A stretch of 64,000 nt of DNA, from positions 1 through 64,000 of the forward strand of contig JBBRLJ010000020.1 of assembly GCA_038231435.1 (NCBI GenBank), read 5' to 3'. The stretch's first letter is position 1; each line of letters begins with the position of its first letter. The translations under genes and the position numbers were made by a program. Positions 35,960 to 46,872 of this stretch are shown here, one piece after another. The notes below the pieces were generated by a model that saw only the letters and a program-made list of their open reading frames with translations, had not been told where the DNA came from and searched no databases. Origin of the DNA: Planctomycetota bacterium (GTDB taxonomy: Bacteria; Planctomycetota; UBA11346).

Positions 35960-38122
35960 TCACCGCCCGGGGAAGACCACGTCGATGGCCAGGCGCATGC
36001 CGATGAACGGACGGCTGATGTCGGCGGTGAGCGGACTACGTCGCGCGGCGCGGCAGTTGTCCGCGTCGTCCACGTACGAGCCGCCGCGGCACACGCGGTA
36101 GATGCCGTGGCGCTGGACGGGGTTGCGCAAGGCGATCGCCGGGTAGTCGGCGTAGCAGTCCTCGCACCACTCCCAGACATTGCCCAGGCAATCGTAGAGG
36201 CCCCAGGCATTGGGTTTCTTGCGCTTCACCGGATGGCTGGTGCCAAAGGCGTTGCCCGTGAACCAGCCGAGCGCTCCAAGACTATCGCCGGCATGCGCTC
36301 CGGGAGCGCCCGCGCGGCAGGCGAACTCCCACTCGGATTCGGTGGGCAGCCGCGCCTTCACGCCGGGAATGGCGCGCGACAGGCGCGCGCAGAAATCCGC
36401 GCACTCGGTCCACGAGACCAGCTCCACCGGAAGATCGTCGCCGACGAAGCGCGACTTGTGCCGCCCGCGCACCGCCGAGGACAGCTTGTCCATGATGCCG
36501 CCCTGCGTCTTCACCGCGTTCCACAGCGCCTGCGTCACCGGGGTGTCGGCGATCCATACCGGATGCGAGAACGACACCTCGTGCGGGGTCTCGTCAGCGC
36601 GGCGCCCGGGCTCGTCGGGCGGGCTGCCCATGGTGAACGCGCCAGGGCGGATGAAGCGCAGGCGCTGGGTCACGCCGCCGATGACCAGGTCCACCCACGG
36701 ACCGCCGTTGTCCAGCGCGTCGATGCCCCAGGCCGCCGACCAGTCCGGGATCCACGACGGACGCTCGGCTGGCGCCTCGACCGGCGTGATGCCGCTGTCC
36801 GAGGATGGCGCGGCCACGCCCACCCGTTGATCGCTCTTGCCGAGGCGGCGCACCCTGCCGCCACCCTCGGGGCCGAGTCCGCCGCCGTCGGGAGCGAGAT
36901 CGTCGCGCCGATCGGCGCCGCCGAAGGAGGATCCCGCCGACCCCGCGCTGTCGAGATCCAGGACCGGCCGCTGCTCGGCGGGCGGCTGGTCCTCGCCTCC
37001 GACCGGGGCGAAGCTGGGCTGCACGAGCCACCGGTCGGTCGCGGCATCGGCGTCCACCGCGGCCGGAGGAGCCGCCATGGCGGTCCGCGCCTCGAGCGAG
37101 ACGCCGATCGCCCGCGCCGCTTCCTCGATCAGGCGCCGCAGGTCCGCCGGCGTGCGCGGGCGCTCGTCACGCTCCTTGGCCATGCACCTACGCGTCACCT
37201 CGGCGACCTCGGCCGGGATCCCGGGGACGATCACGCGTGGATCGGGCGGAGGGTCCTTCAGGACCTTGGCGATGACCGCGAATGAGTTCTTCCCGCCGAA
37301 CGGGGGCTGGCCGGTGAGCAGCGCGAAGAGCGTGGCGCCGAGGGCGTAGATGTCGGTGCGGATGTCGAGATCCTCGTCGCCGCGCGCCTGCTCGGGCGAC
37401 ATGAACGCTGGCGTGCCGATCGGTCTGCCATCGGCGGCCGCTGCCTCCTCGGCGTGCGCCTCGGCCAGGCACGCGAGCCCGAGATCGCCGAGTTTGGCCG
37501 CGCCGTCGTGGTCGAGGAATATGTTGCCCGGCTTGATGTCGCGGTGGATGAGTCCGGCGCGCGCGACCGCTTCGAGACCCGAGGCGCAATCGCGGATAAT
37601 GCGCAGCGCCTCGTCGACCGGCACGCGCCCATCGCGCGCGCGCAGCAGGCGCACCAGATCGCCGCCGTGCATCAGCTCCATCGCCAGGTACAGCTTGCCC
37701 TTGTCGTTGCCGGCATCGAAGCAGATGAGCACGTGCGGATGGTGGATCGAGGCCATCGAGCGGGCCTCGGCCAGGAAGCGGTCGATCCATTCCTGGCGCC
37801 GTGCCAAGCGTCCCGCCATCACCTTGAGCGCCACCTCGCGTTGCAGCGACAGCTGCACCGCCTTGAACACCGAGCCCATGCCGCCGTGGCCGAGTTTGGA
37901 GAGGATGCGGTAGTTGCCGATCACCTTGGGCATCTGGCTGCGCGTGACCTCATCGCCGAGCACGTGCACCAGATGGCGGGTGAGGTAGCCCTTCTTCACC
38001 AGCCACGAGCCCGCCTCGCCATCGGCCTTGGCCTTGGCCAAGGCCTCTTCGGCGATCTCGGGAGGGACCATGCCCTTGGCCACCGCGGCCTTCACGAACA
38101 GCTGATCGAACTCGGTGGCCAT
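35960..38122 (-). CDS. Hanks-type Ser/Thr kinase fused to a C-terminal FGE-sulfatase (SUMF1-like) domain
   Basis: LGHGGMG, VALK, HRDIKPGN, DLG, GTPAFMSPEQ; FTMGSP, RLPTESEWE, PNAWGLYD..GNVWEW, RGGS. Confidence 0.93.
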   Translation of the reverse strand: MATEFDQLFVKAAVAKGMVPPEIAEEALAKAKADGEAGSWLVKKGYLTRHLVHVLGDEVTRSQMPKVIGNYRILSKLGHGGMGSVFKAVQLSLQREVALKVMAGRLARRQEWIDRFLAEARSMASIHHPHVLICFDAGNDKGKLYLAMELMHGGDLVRLLRARDGRVPVDEALRIIRDCASGLEAVARAGLIHRDIKPGNIFLDHDGAAKLGDLGLACLAEAHAEEAAAADGRPIGTPAFMSPEQARGDEDLDIRTDIYALGATLFALLTGQPPFGGKNSFAVIAKVLKDPPPDPRVIVPGIPAEVAEVTRRCMAKERDERPRTPADLRRLIEEAARAIGVSLEARTAMAAPPAAVDADAATDRWLVQPSFAPVGGEDQPPAEQRPVLDLDSAGSAGSSFGGADRRDDLAPDGGGLGPEGGGRVRRLGKSDQRVGVAAPSSDSGITPVEAPAERPSWIPDWSAAWGIDALDNGGPWVDLVIGGVTQRLRFIRPGAFTMGSPPDEPGRRADETPHEVSFSHPVWIADTPVTQALWNAVKTQGGIMDKLSSAVRGRHKSRFVGDDLPVELVSWTECADFCARLSRAIPGVKARLPTESEWEFACRAGAPGAHAGDSLGALGWFTGNAFGTSHPVKRKKPNAWGLYDCLGNVWEWCEDCYADYPAIALRNPVQRHGIYRVCRGGSYVDDADNCRAARRSPLTADISRPFIGMRLAIDVVFPGR

Positions 38123-38272
38123 CGCCGTGCAGCATCGCTCATCATGCTGGGGCGCAACTCGCAGCCCCGACCGGCTGTATCAAGCAGGCTCGTGGCCGCC
38201 GGGCAGAGCCGCCAGGACTCGGGCTCGCCGTCGGGGCCGCGGTCGCGACGATGAGGCAGCCGAGGAGGATGC

Positions 38273-39076
38273 ATGGCGACCACGCGCATCACCGCCGGAC
38301 AGGCGCGCAAGAGCACCCAACTCGAGGACTTCGCCGACACCACGGTGCACGCGGACGACCGCGTCGCGGGAGGCAAGGCCAAGGCCATGCTGATGTTCCG
38401 CCAGCGCGAGAACGGCATCTGGTACGCCCTGGGCGCCACGCGGGACACCCGGCTGGTGCGAGTCCCCATGCGCCGGTTGCACGGTTTCGACCGCTCGCTC
38501 GCGGGCCTCGCCGGCATGCCGCGCGGCAAAGGCGCGAGCAGGGCCCAGCCCGAGGCCTCGTGGTCCCCCTGCCCGGCTCCGCCCTCGAGCGAGCAGGATG
38601 CCCTCCTCTACCTGGTCGACATCCTGCGTCGACGCATCGCACGCTGGGCCGACGTGGCGGCGGCGATGCTGCTCTTTCCTGGCTTGGCCTGCGCCATCGG
38701 CGCCGGTTACCTGCTGATGCTGGGCCAGGCCGCTACCGCCGGCGCATCGACGACCTGGGCCGTGCCGCTGGGCGCGGCGGGAGCCTGGCTGTTCGTCTCC
38801 GGCGTGGCGACCGGCGCGAGCAAGCGTGCGGTGTGGGCGATGCTCGGCGCGCTCGGCTTGGCGGCCTGCGCCGCGATTCCGTTCATCCATCCCGGTTACG
38901 ATCTCGGACCATGGCGGCCAGCCCTGGTCGCGCCCGCGGCTCTCGCGCTGCTGACTGGATGGCGCTCCGTCCGCATCGCCATGGACACGAGCGCACTGCG
39001 CCGCTGGCTCGAGCTCGAGCCGGCGCACGCCACCGGGGACCAGCCCGGGCCCGAGGTGCCTAGCGCTTCGACGTGA
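38273..39076 (+). CDS. Hypothetical membrane protein
   Basis: GAGGAGG RBS; about 4 hydrophobic segments in the C-terminal half; overlaps the topA 3-prime end by 17 bp. Confidence 0.7.
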   Translation: MATTRITAGQARKSTQLEDFADTTVHADDRVAGGKAKAMLMFRQRENGIWYALGATRDTRLVRVPMRRLHGFDRSLAGLAGMPRGKGASRAQPEASWSPCPAPPSSEQDALLYLVDILRRRIARWADVAAAMLLFPGLACAIGAGYLLMLGQAATAGASTTWAVPLGAAGAWLFVSGVATGASKRAVWAMLGALGLAACAAIPFIHPGYDLGPWRPALVAPAALALLTGWRSVRIAMDTSALRRWLELEPAHATGDQPGPEVPSAST

Positions 39077-41873
39077 GCGGCGAGCGCTTGCCTGGCGCTG
39101 CCTTCTTGCCTGGAGCCTTGCCTTCGCCCTGTTTGACCGGGCTCGGCTTGTCCTGGCCCTTCTTGGATCGCGCCGGCTTCGCGTCGTCCTCGCCGGCCTT
39201 CTCGACCCATGTGCCATTCACCAGGAAGGATGACCAGCCGGTGGGCTCGATGCGTTTCTTGATCTCGTCATCGATCTTCTTGTCCACCGTCTCGCTGCCG
39301 AGGTAGTGTTCCTTGGTCTTGCGGCTGAAGCGGATGATCGTCGGGTTGCCGTCGCTATCGGCCTGCGGCGCATCAGCGAGGTAGTGGTATTTCGGATCGA
39401 GCGCGTCCTTGTGCTTGGCCAGGTCGGCCACCTGCGGCGGCCGGGTCTCGCGAGACTTCGGGTAGGCGCTCGACGCCAGGAACAGCCCGGCGGCGCCGCT
39501 GCGCAGCACGAAGTAGCCGTCAGACTTGGTGCACTTCAGATCCTTCATGTGGATCGGGTCGATCTTCGGTGGCGCGGCCTCGCCGTTGCGCATCAGCTTG
39601 CGGGTGTTCTTGCAGTCTGGGTACTTGGTGCAGGCGAAGTACTTGCCGAAGCGCCCCGTGCGCAGCTGCATCTTGGCGCCGCACTTGTCGCAATCGATCT
39701 CGGGGCCTTCATAGCCCTTGATCTTGAACTGGCCCATTTCGATGAGCGTGCCGGCGCAGTCGGGATTGTTGCCGCAGATATGCAGCTTCCGGCGCTCGTC
39801 GACCAGGTAGGCGTCCATCGCGGTGGAGCACACCGGGCAGCGTTTCTTGGTCAGCAGGATGTTGGCGTCGCCGTCGTTGGATTCGTCGTCGCCGCTGTTG
39901 GTTTCAGGCGCGATGGTCTGCACCTCGTCGCCGGGGACCAGGTTGACGGTGCCACTGCACTTCTCGGCCTTCGGCAGGTTGTAGCCGGTGCAGCCGAGGA
40001 ACACGCCGGTGCGGCCGGTGCGGATCGCCATCTTGCGGCCGCATTTCGGGCAATCGATGTCGGTGGGCACCGGATCGTTCGGGCGCATGACCTTGCCGGC
40101 GGCGTCGAGCTTGAAGGTGAAGTCCTTGTAGAAGGCGTCGAGAACGCCCTTCCATTCGGACTTGGCCTCGGCGATCTCGTCGAGGTCCTCCTCCATGCCG
40201 GCGGTGAAGCTGTAATCCATCAGGTCCGGGAAGGCCTCGACCAGACGGCCGGTGACGATGTCGCCGAGCTTCTCGGCGTAGAAGCGGCGATTCACCAGCT
40301 TGACGTAGCCGCGCTCCTGGATGGTCGAGGTGATGGCTGCGTAGGTCGACGGGCGGCCGATGCCGCGCTTCTCCATCTCCTTCACCAATCCCGCCTCGCT
40401 GTAGCGCGGTGGCGGCTTGGTGAAGTGCTGGGTGGGATCGAGCTTCAGCAGCGCCAGCTTCTGGCCGACCGCGAGCGCGGGCAGCGTGACGTCCTCCTGC
40501 TTGGCCGGAGGCTGCACCTTCATGAAGCCGTCGAAGCGCAGCACGCGGCCGCGCGCCGAGAGCTCGTATTCGGCGGCGGCGATGGTGATCGCGGTGGTGT
40601 CGTATTCCGCCGGCGGCATCTGGCAGGCAACGAACTGGCGCCAGATCAGGTCGTACAGCCGGCGCTCGTCCTGGTCCGCTGACAGCTCGCCGGCGGATAC
40701 GCTCACGTCGGTAGGCCGGATGGCCTCGTGGGCTTCCTGCGCGCCGGCCTTCGAATGATAGGTGTTCGGCTTCTCGGGCACGTACTTCGCGCCGAAACGC
40801 TCGCCGATCAGCGCGCGGCATCCGCTCACCGCGTCGGCGCTGAGGTTCACCGAATCGGTGCGCATGTAGGTGATCGAGCCGGCCTCGTAGAGGCGCTGAG
40901 CCAGGGTCATGGTCTTCTTGACCGAGAAGCCCAGGCGCAGCGACGCTGCCTGCTGCAGCGTCGAGGTGATGTACGGCGCGGTGGGATTCGCGCGTTGCGG
41001 CCTGTCGTCGCGGGCTGAGACCGTGTAGACGGCCTTCTCGAGCGCGGCGACGGCGGCGTGCGTCTGATCGCCGGTGACGGGCTTGAAGGGCGCGTCCTTG
41101 AAGCGCACGACCTCGGCGCGGATCGGACCGACGTCTTTCAACTTTGCGTCCAGATCCGCGTGCAGTTGCCAGTACTCGTCAGGCTTGAAGGCGCGGATCT
41201 CGTGCTCGCGCTCGACGATCAGTCTGGTCGCGACCGACTGCACGCGCCCGGCGGAGAGCCCGCGCGCGATCTTCGCCCAGAGCAGCGGCGAGACCATGAA
41301 GCCGACGACGCGATCGAGGAAGCGGCGCGCCTGCTGGGCGTGCACGCGGTCCATGTTGATCTTGCCGGGGCTGTTGAAAGCGGCCTGGATGGCAGTCTTG
41401 GTGATCTCGGAGAACACCACGCGCTTGTACTTGGCGTGGTCTCCGCCGATCGCCTCGCGCAGGTGCCAGGCGATGGCCTCCCCCTCGCGGTCCAAGTCGC
41501 TTGCCAGGTAGATGGCGTCGGCGTCGGCGGCGTACTCCTTCAGTTCGCGCAGCACCTTCTCCTTGCCGGGCAGGACCTGGTACTCGGCCTTCCAGCCGCG
41601 GTCGGGATCCACGCCCATGCGCCGCACCAGGTTCGACTTGGCGCGAGCCATGCGCCCCGATTCGGTGGGGCGGAACTTCTTCGGCTTCTTCTTCACCTTC
41701 TCGGCGGCGTCGCCCTCGCCATCGGCCTCGGCGGCCGCCGCGGTCTCGCCAGCGCCCTTGGGCAGGTCGCGGATGTGGCCGAAGCTCGACTTCACCACGA
41801 AATCGCGGCCCAGGTATTTGTTGATCGTCTTGGCCTTGGCGGGCGATTCGACGATGACCAATGAACGTCCCAT
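39060..41873 (-). CDS. topA: DNA topoisomerase I
   Basis: [31 protein letters not shown] (catalytic Tyr), [18 protein letters not shown]4 zinc ribbons; AAGGAG RBS. Confidence 0.97.
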   Translation of the reverse strand: MGRSLVIVESPAKAKTINKYLGRDFVVKSSFGHIRDLPKGAGETAAAAEADGEGDAAEKVKKKPKKFRPTESGRMARAKSNLVRRMGVDPDRGWKAEYQVLPGKEKVLRELKEYAADADAIYLASDLDREGEAIAWHLREAIGGDHAKYKRVVFSEITKTAIQAAFNSPGKINMDRVHAQQARRFLDRVVGFMVSPLLWAKIARGLSAGRVQSVATRLIVEREHEIRAFKPDEYWQLHADLDAKLKDVGPIRAEVVRFKDAPFKPVTGDQTHAAVAALEKAVYTVSARDDRPQRANPTAPYITSTLQQAASLRLGFSVKKTMTLAQRLYEAGSITYMRTDSVNLSADAVSGCRALIGERFGAKYVPEKPNTYHSKAGAQEAHEAIRPTDVSVSAGELSADQDERRLYDLIWRQFVACQMPPAEYDTTAITIAAAEYELSARGRVLRFDGFMKVQPPAKQEDVTLPALAVGQKLALLKLDPTQHFTKPPPRYSEAGLVKEMEKRGIGRPSTYAAITSTIQERGYVKLVNRRFYAEKLGDIVTGRLVEAFPDLMDYSFTAGMEEDLDEIAEAKSEWKGVLDAFYKDFTFKLDAAGKVMRPNDPVPTDIDCPKCGRKMAIRTGRTGVFLGCTGYNLPKAEKCSGTVNLVPGDEVQTIAPETNSGDDESNDGDANILLTKKRCPVCSTAMDAYLVDERRKLHICGNNPDCAGTLIEMGQFKIKGYEGPEIDCDKCGAKMQLRTGRFGKYFACTKYPDCKNTRKLMRNGEAAPPKIDPIHMKDLKCTKSDGYFVLRSGAAGLFLASSAYPKSRETRPPQVADLAKHKDALDPKYHYLADAPQADSDGNPTIIRFSRKTKEHYLGSETVDKKIDDEIKKRIEPTGWSSFLVNGTWVEKAGEDDAKPARSKKGQDKPSPVKQGEGKAPGKKAAPGKRSPLTSKR

Positions 41874-42082
41874 GCGCTCCTTGCGTGCTCTGTATGGCGG
41901 TTCTGGCTGCGAACGGCCTTGAGCGGGCGGTGTGTATATGGACACGGACGCGCATCGGTCAAGGGTCCGACTTTCCAGGACGGGTCTGCCGCGACCACGG
42001 CAATCGTGGTGTAACTGCTGATGGACTCGGGCTATTACGGCGGGGTCTTGGCATCCTGGTGGAAGCTCCACAGTCGGGGCGG

Positions 42083-43309
42083 ATGAGCGACTACCCCGCA
42101 TTGATCGACGCGGCCCTGCGTCCGGAGCTCGCTGCGCTCGCCGTGGTCGACCTCGAGGCGGCGCGGCGGCGAGTGCGCGCCATGCAGGACGATCGCCAGG
42201 CGTTCATTCGCGGCAGCCTGGGACTCGGCGCCCAGTGGCTGGTGCGCAAGGTCGGGGGCACCGGAACCTGGGTCTGGTCGCCAGGTGACGCCGGCCATGG
42301 CTCCTTCGCCACCCAGGCGGTCGGCCGGCCAGATCAGGACGGGATCGTGCCAGTGACTTTCGACCTCAGCGATGTCGAGGACGAGCACCCGGCGCCATGG
42401 CGCTGGGACTTCGTCCGCCTCTTCGCCAGCCTGGTGCTGTCCAAGCCAGAGCAGAAGGGTTCGGAGTTCTCAGCGCTGGTCACGGCCAGCCTCGATGGCT
42501 ACGCCGAGGCCATGGCAGGCGAGGGCGAAGGCGGGGGCGATGCCCGGCCCGACCCGGCAACGCTGCCGGCCGCGGTGCTCGCGCTGATCGACGAGGATGC
42601 GGGCGGGGCGGAGGATGCGCACGCGGCCCATCTGGCGAGTCGCATCCAGAACGATGACGACGATGCGCGCTTGCGGCTCGGGCCCGAGCAGCTGAAGGAC
42701 CTGTCCGCGCGCGCCTTCTTCCTGCCGGCATTGTCCACAGCCTACAGCGACGACCAGCGCATCCAGGCGATCGACGTGGTGCGCAGATCGCCAGCGGCTT
42801 CCTCACCGCTCGCGCGGCGCCAATGGCTCGCACTCGCGCGTGAACGCGTCGGCCCGCGTGGCACCCGCCTGCGCCTGCTCGAGATCAGCGAGCGACCGCC
42901 GAGCGCACTGTCGCGATGCCTGGTGATGACACCCTTCATGCCCAGCGCGGGGCCTGCTCTCCGGCTGACGGTGCCGGTCGGAGGCGATCCCTACCAGCGG
43001 GTCCTCCACGGTCCGGCCACGTCGTACCTGGTCCGCTCGCTCAGCCACGCGCGCGGGCAGCTGGCGATCGCAACCCTGCCAACGGACGATCTGGCGCGAC
43101 TGAGCCGGTTGTGGGGATGGCTGCTGGCGGCGTTCCACGTGCGCGGCCTGCGCGCGCTGCGCGCGGACGTTCCCGAGCGCGCGCGCCTGCTCGCGGCCGA
43201 GGCCGGCGCGGCCCGCAAGGACATCGCGCGCGCGGCGTGGGAACACGCGGCCTTCCTCGAGAAGGCCCACGCGTGTTTCCGGAAGATGGCCCAGGAGTGG
43301 GAATCGTGA
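42083..43309 (+). CDS. DUF2252-like (kinase-fold) protein with degenerate motifs
   Basis: M...[43 protein letters not shown] follow the DUF2252 motif order. Confidence 0.7.
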   Translation: MSDYPALIDAALRPELAALAVVDLEAARRRVRAMQDDRQAFIRGSLGLGAQWLVRKVGGTGTWVWSPGDAGHGSFATQAVGRPDQDGIVPVTFDLSDVEDEHPAPWRWDFVRLFASLVLSKPEQKGSEFSALVTASLDGYAEAMAGEGEGGGDARPDPATLPAAVLALIDEDAGGAEDAHAAHLASRIQNDDDDARLRLGPEQLKDLSARAFFLPALSTAYSDDQRIQAIDVVRRSPAASSPLARRQWLALARERVGPRGTRLRLLEISERPPSALSRCLVMTPFMPSAGPALRLTVPVGGDPYQRVLHGPATSYLVRSLSHARGQLAIATLPTDDLARLSRLWGWLLAAFHVRGLRALRADVPERARLLAAEAGAARKDIARAAWEHAAFLEKAHACFRKMAQEWES

Positions 43310-43371
43310 GTACGATGGCCCCGCGCAACGCCCACCACAGCCTCCGTGCCGCCGATACCCATGGAGCTCCC

Positions 43372-44346
43372 ATGCGCCAGATCCTGATCCCGCTCGCCTG
43401 CATCGCCTGGTTCGCCGCTGGCGCTTGTGGCCGGCTGCAAGCCGAGGTCCCGCTCGAGCGCGTGCAGTGGAGCGCCGAATTCGGCGTGCCCACCGCCGGC
43501 TGCCTGGCGGGCCGGGCCGAGTACATCCTGCTCTTCGACCGCAGCGACCCGGACGCCGGCAAGGCGTTCGATCGGCTCTCGTGGTACATGCACCAGGAGT
43601 ACAAGGACGACACCGCATTCGCCGCGCTCGCCATCGGCGTGGGCCCGGCCTACGGCTCGCCCGCCGACGGCAAGATCGAGCGCTTCGCGCGCGGCGCCGA
43701 CGACGGTGGCCTGCTGCGCGCCTTCGCCGGCGACAAGCCGTGCGTGATGCTGGTCTTCTCGCCCGACGGCCGCCTCACCGACATGCGACATGCCAGCCAG
43801 GTCGACGATCTCTGGCTGCATTCACTACGCGCGCTCGCCAAGGATGCCACTCCGCTCCTGGACGAGGGCTGGGTCCAAGCGGCGCTACGGCCCGCGCTGC
43901 CCTGGTACCTGGCGGGAGACCTGAAGCGTTTCCTCTCTGCCGCCGGCAAGCTCAAGGGCACCGAGTCGCTCGGACCGAAGCTGGGGCAGCGTTCGCTCGA
44001 GATCGCCCAGGCGGACGCCAAGACCGTCTCCGAGGTCGCCACCGCCGCGCCGGTGCGCCTGCTCGCGCTGCAGCGACTACAGGCGTTGGCGACCGACTTC
44101 CCGAACGTCGCTGGCGAAGCCCAGAAGGCCGGCAAGGCGGTCAAGGACGACGCCCAGATGAAGACCGAGCAAGCGGCGTGGGCGGGTTTCCTGGACTACC
44201 TCGCGGCGATGAAGCGCGAGCACGGCAAGAAGTCCGGCGAGGCCCAGAAGGCCCTGCTCATCGGGCTGATCGGGAAATTTCCCGGGACCTACGCCGCCGA
44301 GGTCGCGGCCAAGATCGCCGCGTTCGCCAAGATCGAATTGAAATGA
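43372..44346 (+). CDS. Hypothetical exported protein
   Basis: GGAG RBS, signal-like N-terminus, helical C-terminus ending KFPGTYAA; no family assigned. Confidence 0.7.
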   Translation: MRQILIPLACIAWFAAGACGRLQAEVPLERVQWSAEFGVPTAGCLAGRAEYILLFDRSDPDAGKAFDRLSWYMHQEYKDDTAFAALAIGVGPAYGSPADGKIERFARGADDGGLLRAFAGDKPCVMLVFSPDGRLTDMRHASQVDDLWLHSLRALAKDATPLLDEGWVQAALRPALPWYLAGDLKRFLSAAGKLKGTESLGPKLGQRSLEIAQADAKTVSEVATAAPVRLLALQRLQALATDFPNVAGEAQKAGKAVKDDAQMKTEQAAWAGFLDYLAAMKREHGKKSGEAQKALLIGLIGKFPGTYAAEVAAKIAAFAKIELK

Positions 44347-44430
44347 CGATATTGCACTCTCGATCGAAAGTCGGCCGGGGGACGGCCGTCCTTCGGCCGA
44401 GAGCCGGATGAGATCCGGCGGCGGCCGCGC

Positions 44431-45402
44431 TCAGCCGAGGCCGGCCGCGCGGCGCAGGCGATCGTTGATCCCCTCGCCGAGACCTTCGTCCGGCACGGTT
44501 TCGGCGATGATTGCCGATGCGCCGCTGGCATCGAGCCGGCGCAGCGCGGCGAACAGCCCCGCCGCCGCCTCGGCGAGATCGCCGCGACGGCTGAGCACCT
44601 CGAGCGCGAATGCCCCTGCCGGCGCGTCTTCACCACGCCACGAGAGGATGGCCGCCCCCCGCGCGTCGGGCCATCGCGATGACAACGGCTTCATGGTCAG
44701 CGGCGTGCGCGGCGCGTAATGGCTCGCGAGCATGCCCGGCGCCGGCAACGGCACCGCGGTGGCTAGCGCCACACGTCCGGCGATCGCGATGGGCTCGCCG
44801 AGGATGCGCTCGAGGCTCTCGCGCGTCGCGCCGCCCGGCCTGAGGATGAGTGGCGTGGGATCCGGAGCGAGCACCGTGCTCTCGATGCCAACGCGGCACG
44901 GTCCACCGTCGAGAACCAACTCCACCGCGCCAGCGAGTTGCTCGCGCACGTGCGCGGCGGTGGTCGGGCTGATGCGCCCGAACGGGTTCGCGCTCGGCGC
45001 CGCCAGCGGCACGCCGGCGGCGCGGATCAGCGCGAGCGCGAGCGGATGCGCAGGCACGCGGATGGCGACGGTGTCCAGGCCGCTGGTGACGATGTCCGGC
45101 ACCGGCGCGCGCCGCGGCAGCACCAGGGTCAAGGGCCCCGGCCAGCACTCCGCCGCAAGCCGGCGCGCCCGCGCGCTGGGCTCGGCGAGCTCCCACGCCT
45201 GGTCCGCGTCGGCGACATGGACGATCAGCGGATCGAAGCGCGGCCGGCCCTTGGCCTGGTAGATGCGCAGCACCGCCGCGGAATCCAATGCGTTCGCGGC
45301 CAGCCCGTAGACCGTCTCGGTAGGCATGCCGACGAGCAGACCCTTGCGGATCGCGCGCGCGGCGCGCGCAACTTCTTCAGCATCATCCGCGTCGCGGCCC
45401 AT
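44431..45402 (-). CDS. sua5: L-threonylcarbamoyladenylate synthase (Sua5-type with C-terminal domain)
   Basis: PTETVYGL, KGRP..PLIVH, WPGPLT, AAPSAN, GIESTV, LRPG, PGM..SHYAP, AAGLFAALR.LD, INDRL. Confidence 0.95.
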   Translation of the reverse strand: MGRDADDAEEVARAARAIRKGLLVGMPTETVYGLAANALDSAAVLRIYQAKGRPRFDPLIVHVADADQAWELAEPSARARRLAAECWPGPLTLVLPRRAPVPDIVTSGLDTVAIRVPAHPLALALIRAAGVPLAAPSANPFGRISPTTAAHVREQLAGAVELVLDGGPCRVGIESTVLAPDPTPLILRPGGATRESLERILGEPIAIAGRVALATAVPLPAPGMLASHYAPRTPLTMKPLSSRWPDARGAAILSWRGEDAPAGAFALEVLSRRGDLAEAAAGLFAALRRLDASGASAIIAETVPDEGLGEGINDRLRRAAGLG

Positions 45403-45453
45403 GGGCGCATGCTAGGCGGCCATGGACAAATAGAATCGGGCGCCCGCTGCTAC

Positions 45454-45483
45454 CGACCATGGACGACCATGGACGACCATGAA
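45454..45483 (+). repeat. 10-mer tandem repeat CGACCATGGA x3
   Basis: CGACCATGGA CGACCATGGA CGACCATGAA, with a degenerate fourth copy following. Confidence 0.75.
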
Positions 45484-45521
45484 CCGACCAAGGATGGAGC
45501 GGACGCCCGACGGCAGCGCGC

Positions 45522-46688
45522 TCAGAGCGAGGCGTCGATGTCCTTGAGCACCTTCACCATGTAGGCGGTCGCGAGGTGCGGGAAGGCCTCGCCCCAGCGC
45601 TTCGACGGGCCCGAGAACATCATCAGCTTCTTGTCGCCCGCGGGGATCTCGTGGCCCATGGCCTTCACCGCCGCGAACAGATCCGCGCGCCAGTCGACCT
45701 TCTTGCCATCGGCGAGCTCGAGCTCCTTGAGACCGAGGGTGTGCATGGTCTTGGCCATGAACACGTAGTAGTACAGCAGGCCTTCGGTCTCGTGGCCAGC
45801 GGTCATGCCGGGATTCTTGCTCAGCTCGTAATGGCGCTTGCACCAGTCGAGCGCGGCGGAGACGCGGGGATCATCCTTCTTCAGGTCGAGCGCGATGTAG
45901 GTCGACAAGAGCGAGTAGGTCATCGAACCGGTGCTGTGCAGCTTCTTGACCGCATCGGCCTTGTTCTCGGGTTGCGGGTCGCTGCCCTCGGCCTTGGATT
46001 CGTCGTGGCTGTAGACCGCGCCGCCGCGGCTGTCGTCCGAGCTGTCGACCCACGGCAGATCGTTCACCGACGACAGGTTCTGGCACTTCTCGAGGAACTT
46101 CACCGCGGCCTGCAGGTGCGGATCCTCGGCGGGCACGCCCGTCGAGCGCAGGGCCTGCGCCCCATACACGGTGTTGGGGAGATCCTGGTGGCCGGGGCCG
46201 TCGTCCTGGTCGTAGCCGATGCCGCCGAAATTCTTGTCCTTGGGATCGGCGATCTGGATGCCGAAGAGGTACTGCTGACCCTTCTTCACCAGCGCCTTCT
46301 CCTCGTCGAGCTTGCCCGCGGCCGCGAGCGCCATCAGGGTGATCGAGGTGCAGTAGTTGCCGAGCCCCTGCTCCTTGCTGTAGATGCCGCCATCAGGCTG
46401 CTGGTTCGACTTGAGAAAAGCGAAGGCCTTGGCGAGCGCGGGATCGTTGCCGGGCAAGCCGTGCGGCTGCAGCGCCAAAGCTTGGGTCGCGAGTCCGGTG
46501 ATGCCCAGGGCGTACTGATCCTTGGCGAAGGTGCCGTCGGCCATCTGCTTCGACAGCAGCCAGGCCTGCGCCTCGTCGATGACGGTCTCGACATCAGCCT
46601 TGCTGGGCAGCGCGTTCTCTGCCCATGCGGGCGCGCCGAGCAGCGCGATGCCGAGGCAGGTGGCGGAAAGGAACAGGGGTCGGCGCAT
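45522..46688 (-). CDS. Exported prenyltransferase/squalene-oxidase (alpha/alpha barrel) repeat protein
   Basis: Signal peptide; repeats WLLSKQMADG, FLKSNQQPDGG, FGGIGY, FLEKCQN, GSMTY, GLLYYY; GGAG RBS. Confidence 0.85.
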   Translation of the reverse strand: MRRPLFLSATCLGIALLGAPAWAENALPSKADVETVIDEAQAWLLSKQMADGTFAKDQYALGITGLATQALALQPHGLPGNDPALAKAFAFLKSNQQPDGGIYSKEQGLGNYCTSITLMALAAAGKLDEEKALVKKGQQYLFGIQIADPKDKNFGGIGYDQDDGPGHQDLPNTVYGAQALRSTGVPAEDPHLQAAVKFLEKCQNLSSVNDLPWVDSSDDSRGGAVYSHDESKAEGSDPQPENKADAVKKLHSTGSMTYSLLSTYIALDLKKDDPRVSAALDWCKRHYELSKNPGMTAGHETEGLLYYYVFMAKTMHTLGLKELELADGKKVDWRADLFAAVKAMGHEIPAGDKKLMMFSGPSKRWGEAFPHLATAYMVKVLKDIDASL

Positions 46689-46872
46689 GGGTACTCCAGG
46701 GCGAGACAGGGTACGACGTGGGTCGGCGGCGCAAACCCTCTACGCCCATCCATAGGCACAATCCGTACCAACCCCCGAGGTGTGCTCAGCTCTGATCTGT
46801 CCATCCGTCGCGCACCTCAGTCCCACCGCGCCCAGTCCCTCGACACCGAGGTCGGGTGCGACCGCGAGTGCA

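Noticed and set aside
35960..36110. FGE C-terminus as the variable region of a diversity-generating retroelement (also 61820-61930)
   Set aside because: No reverse transcriptase and no near-identical template repeat differing only at adenines in the window; the two FGE ends differ broadly.
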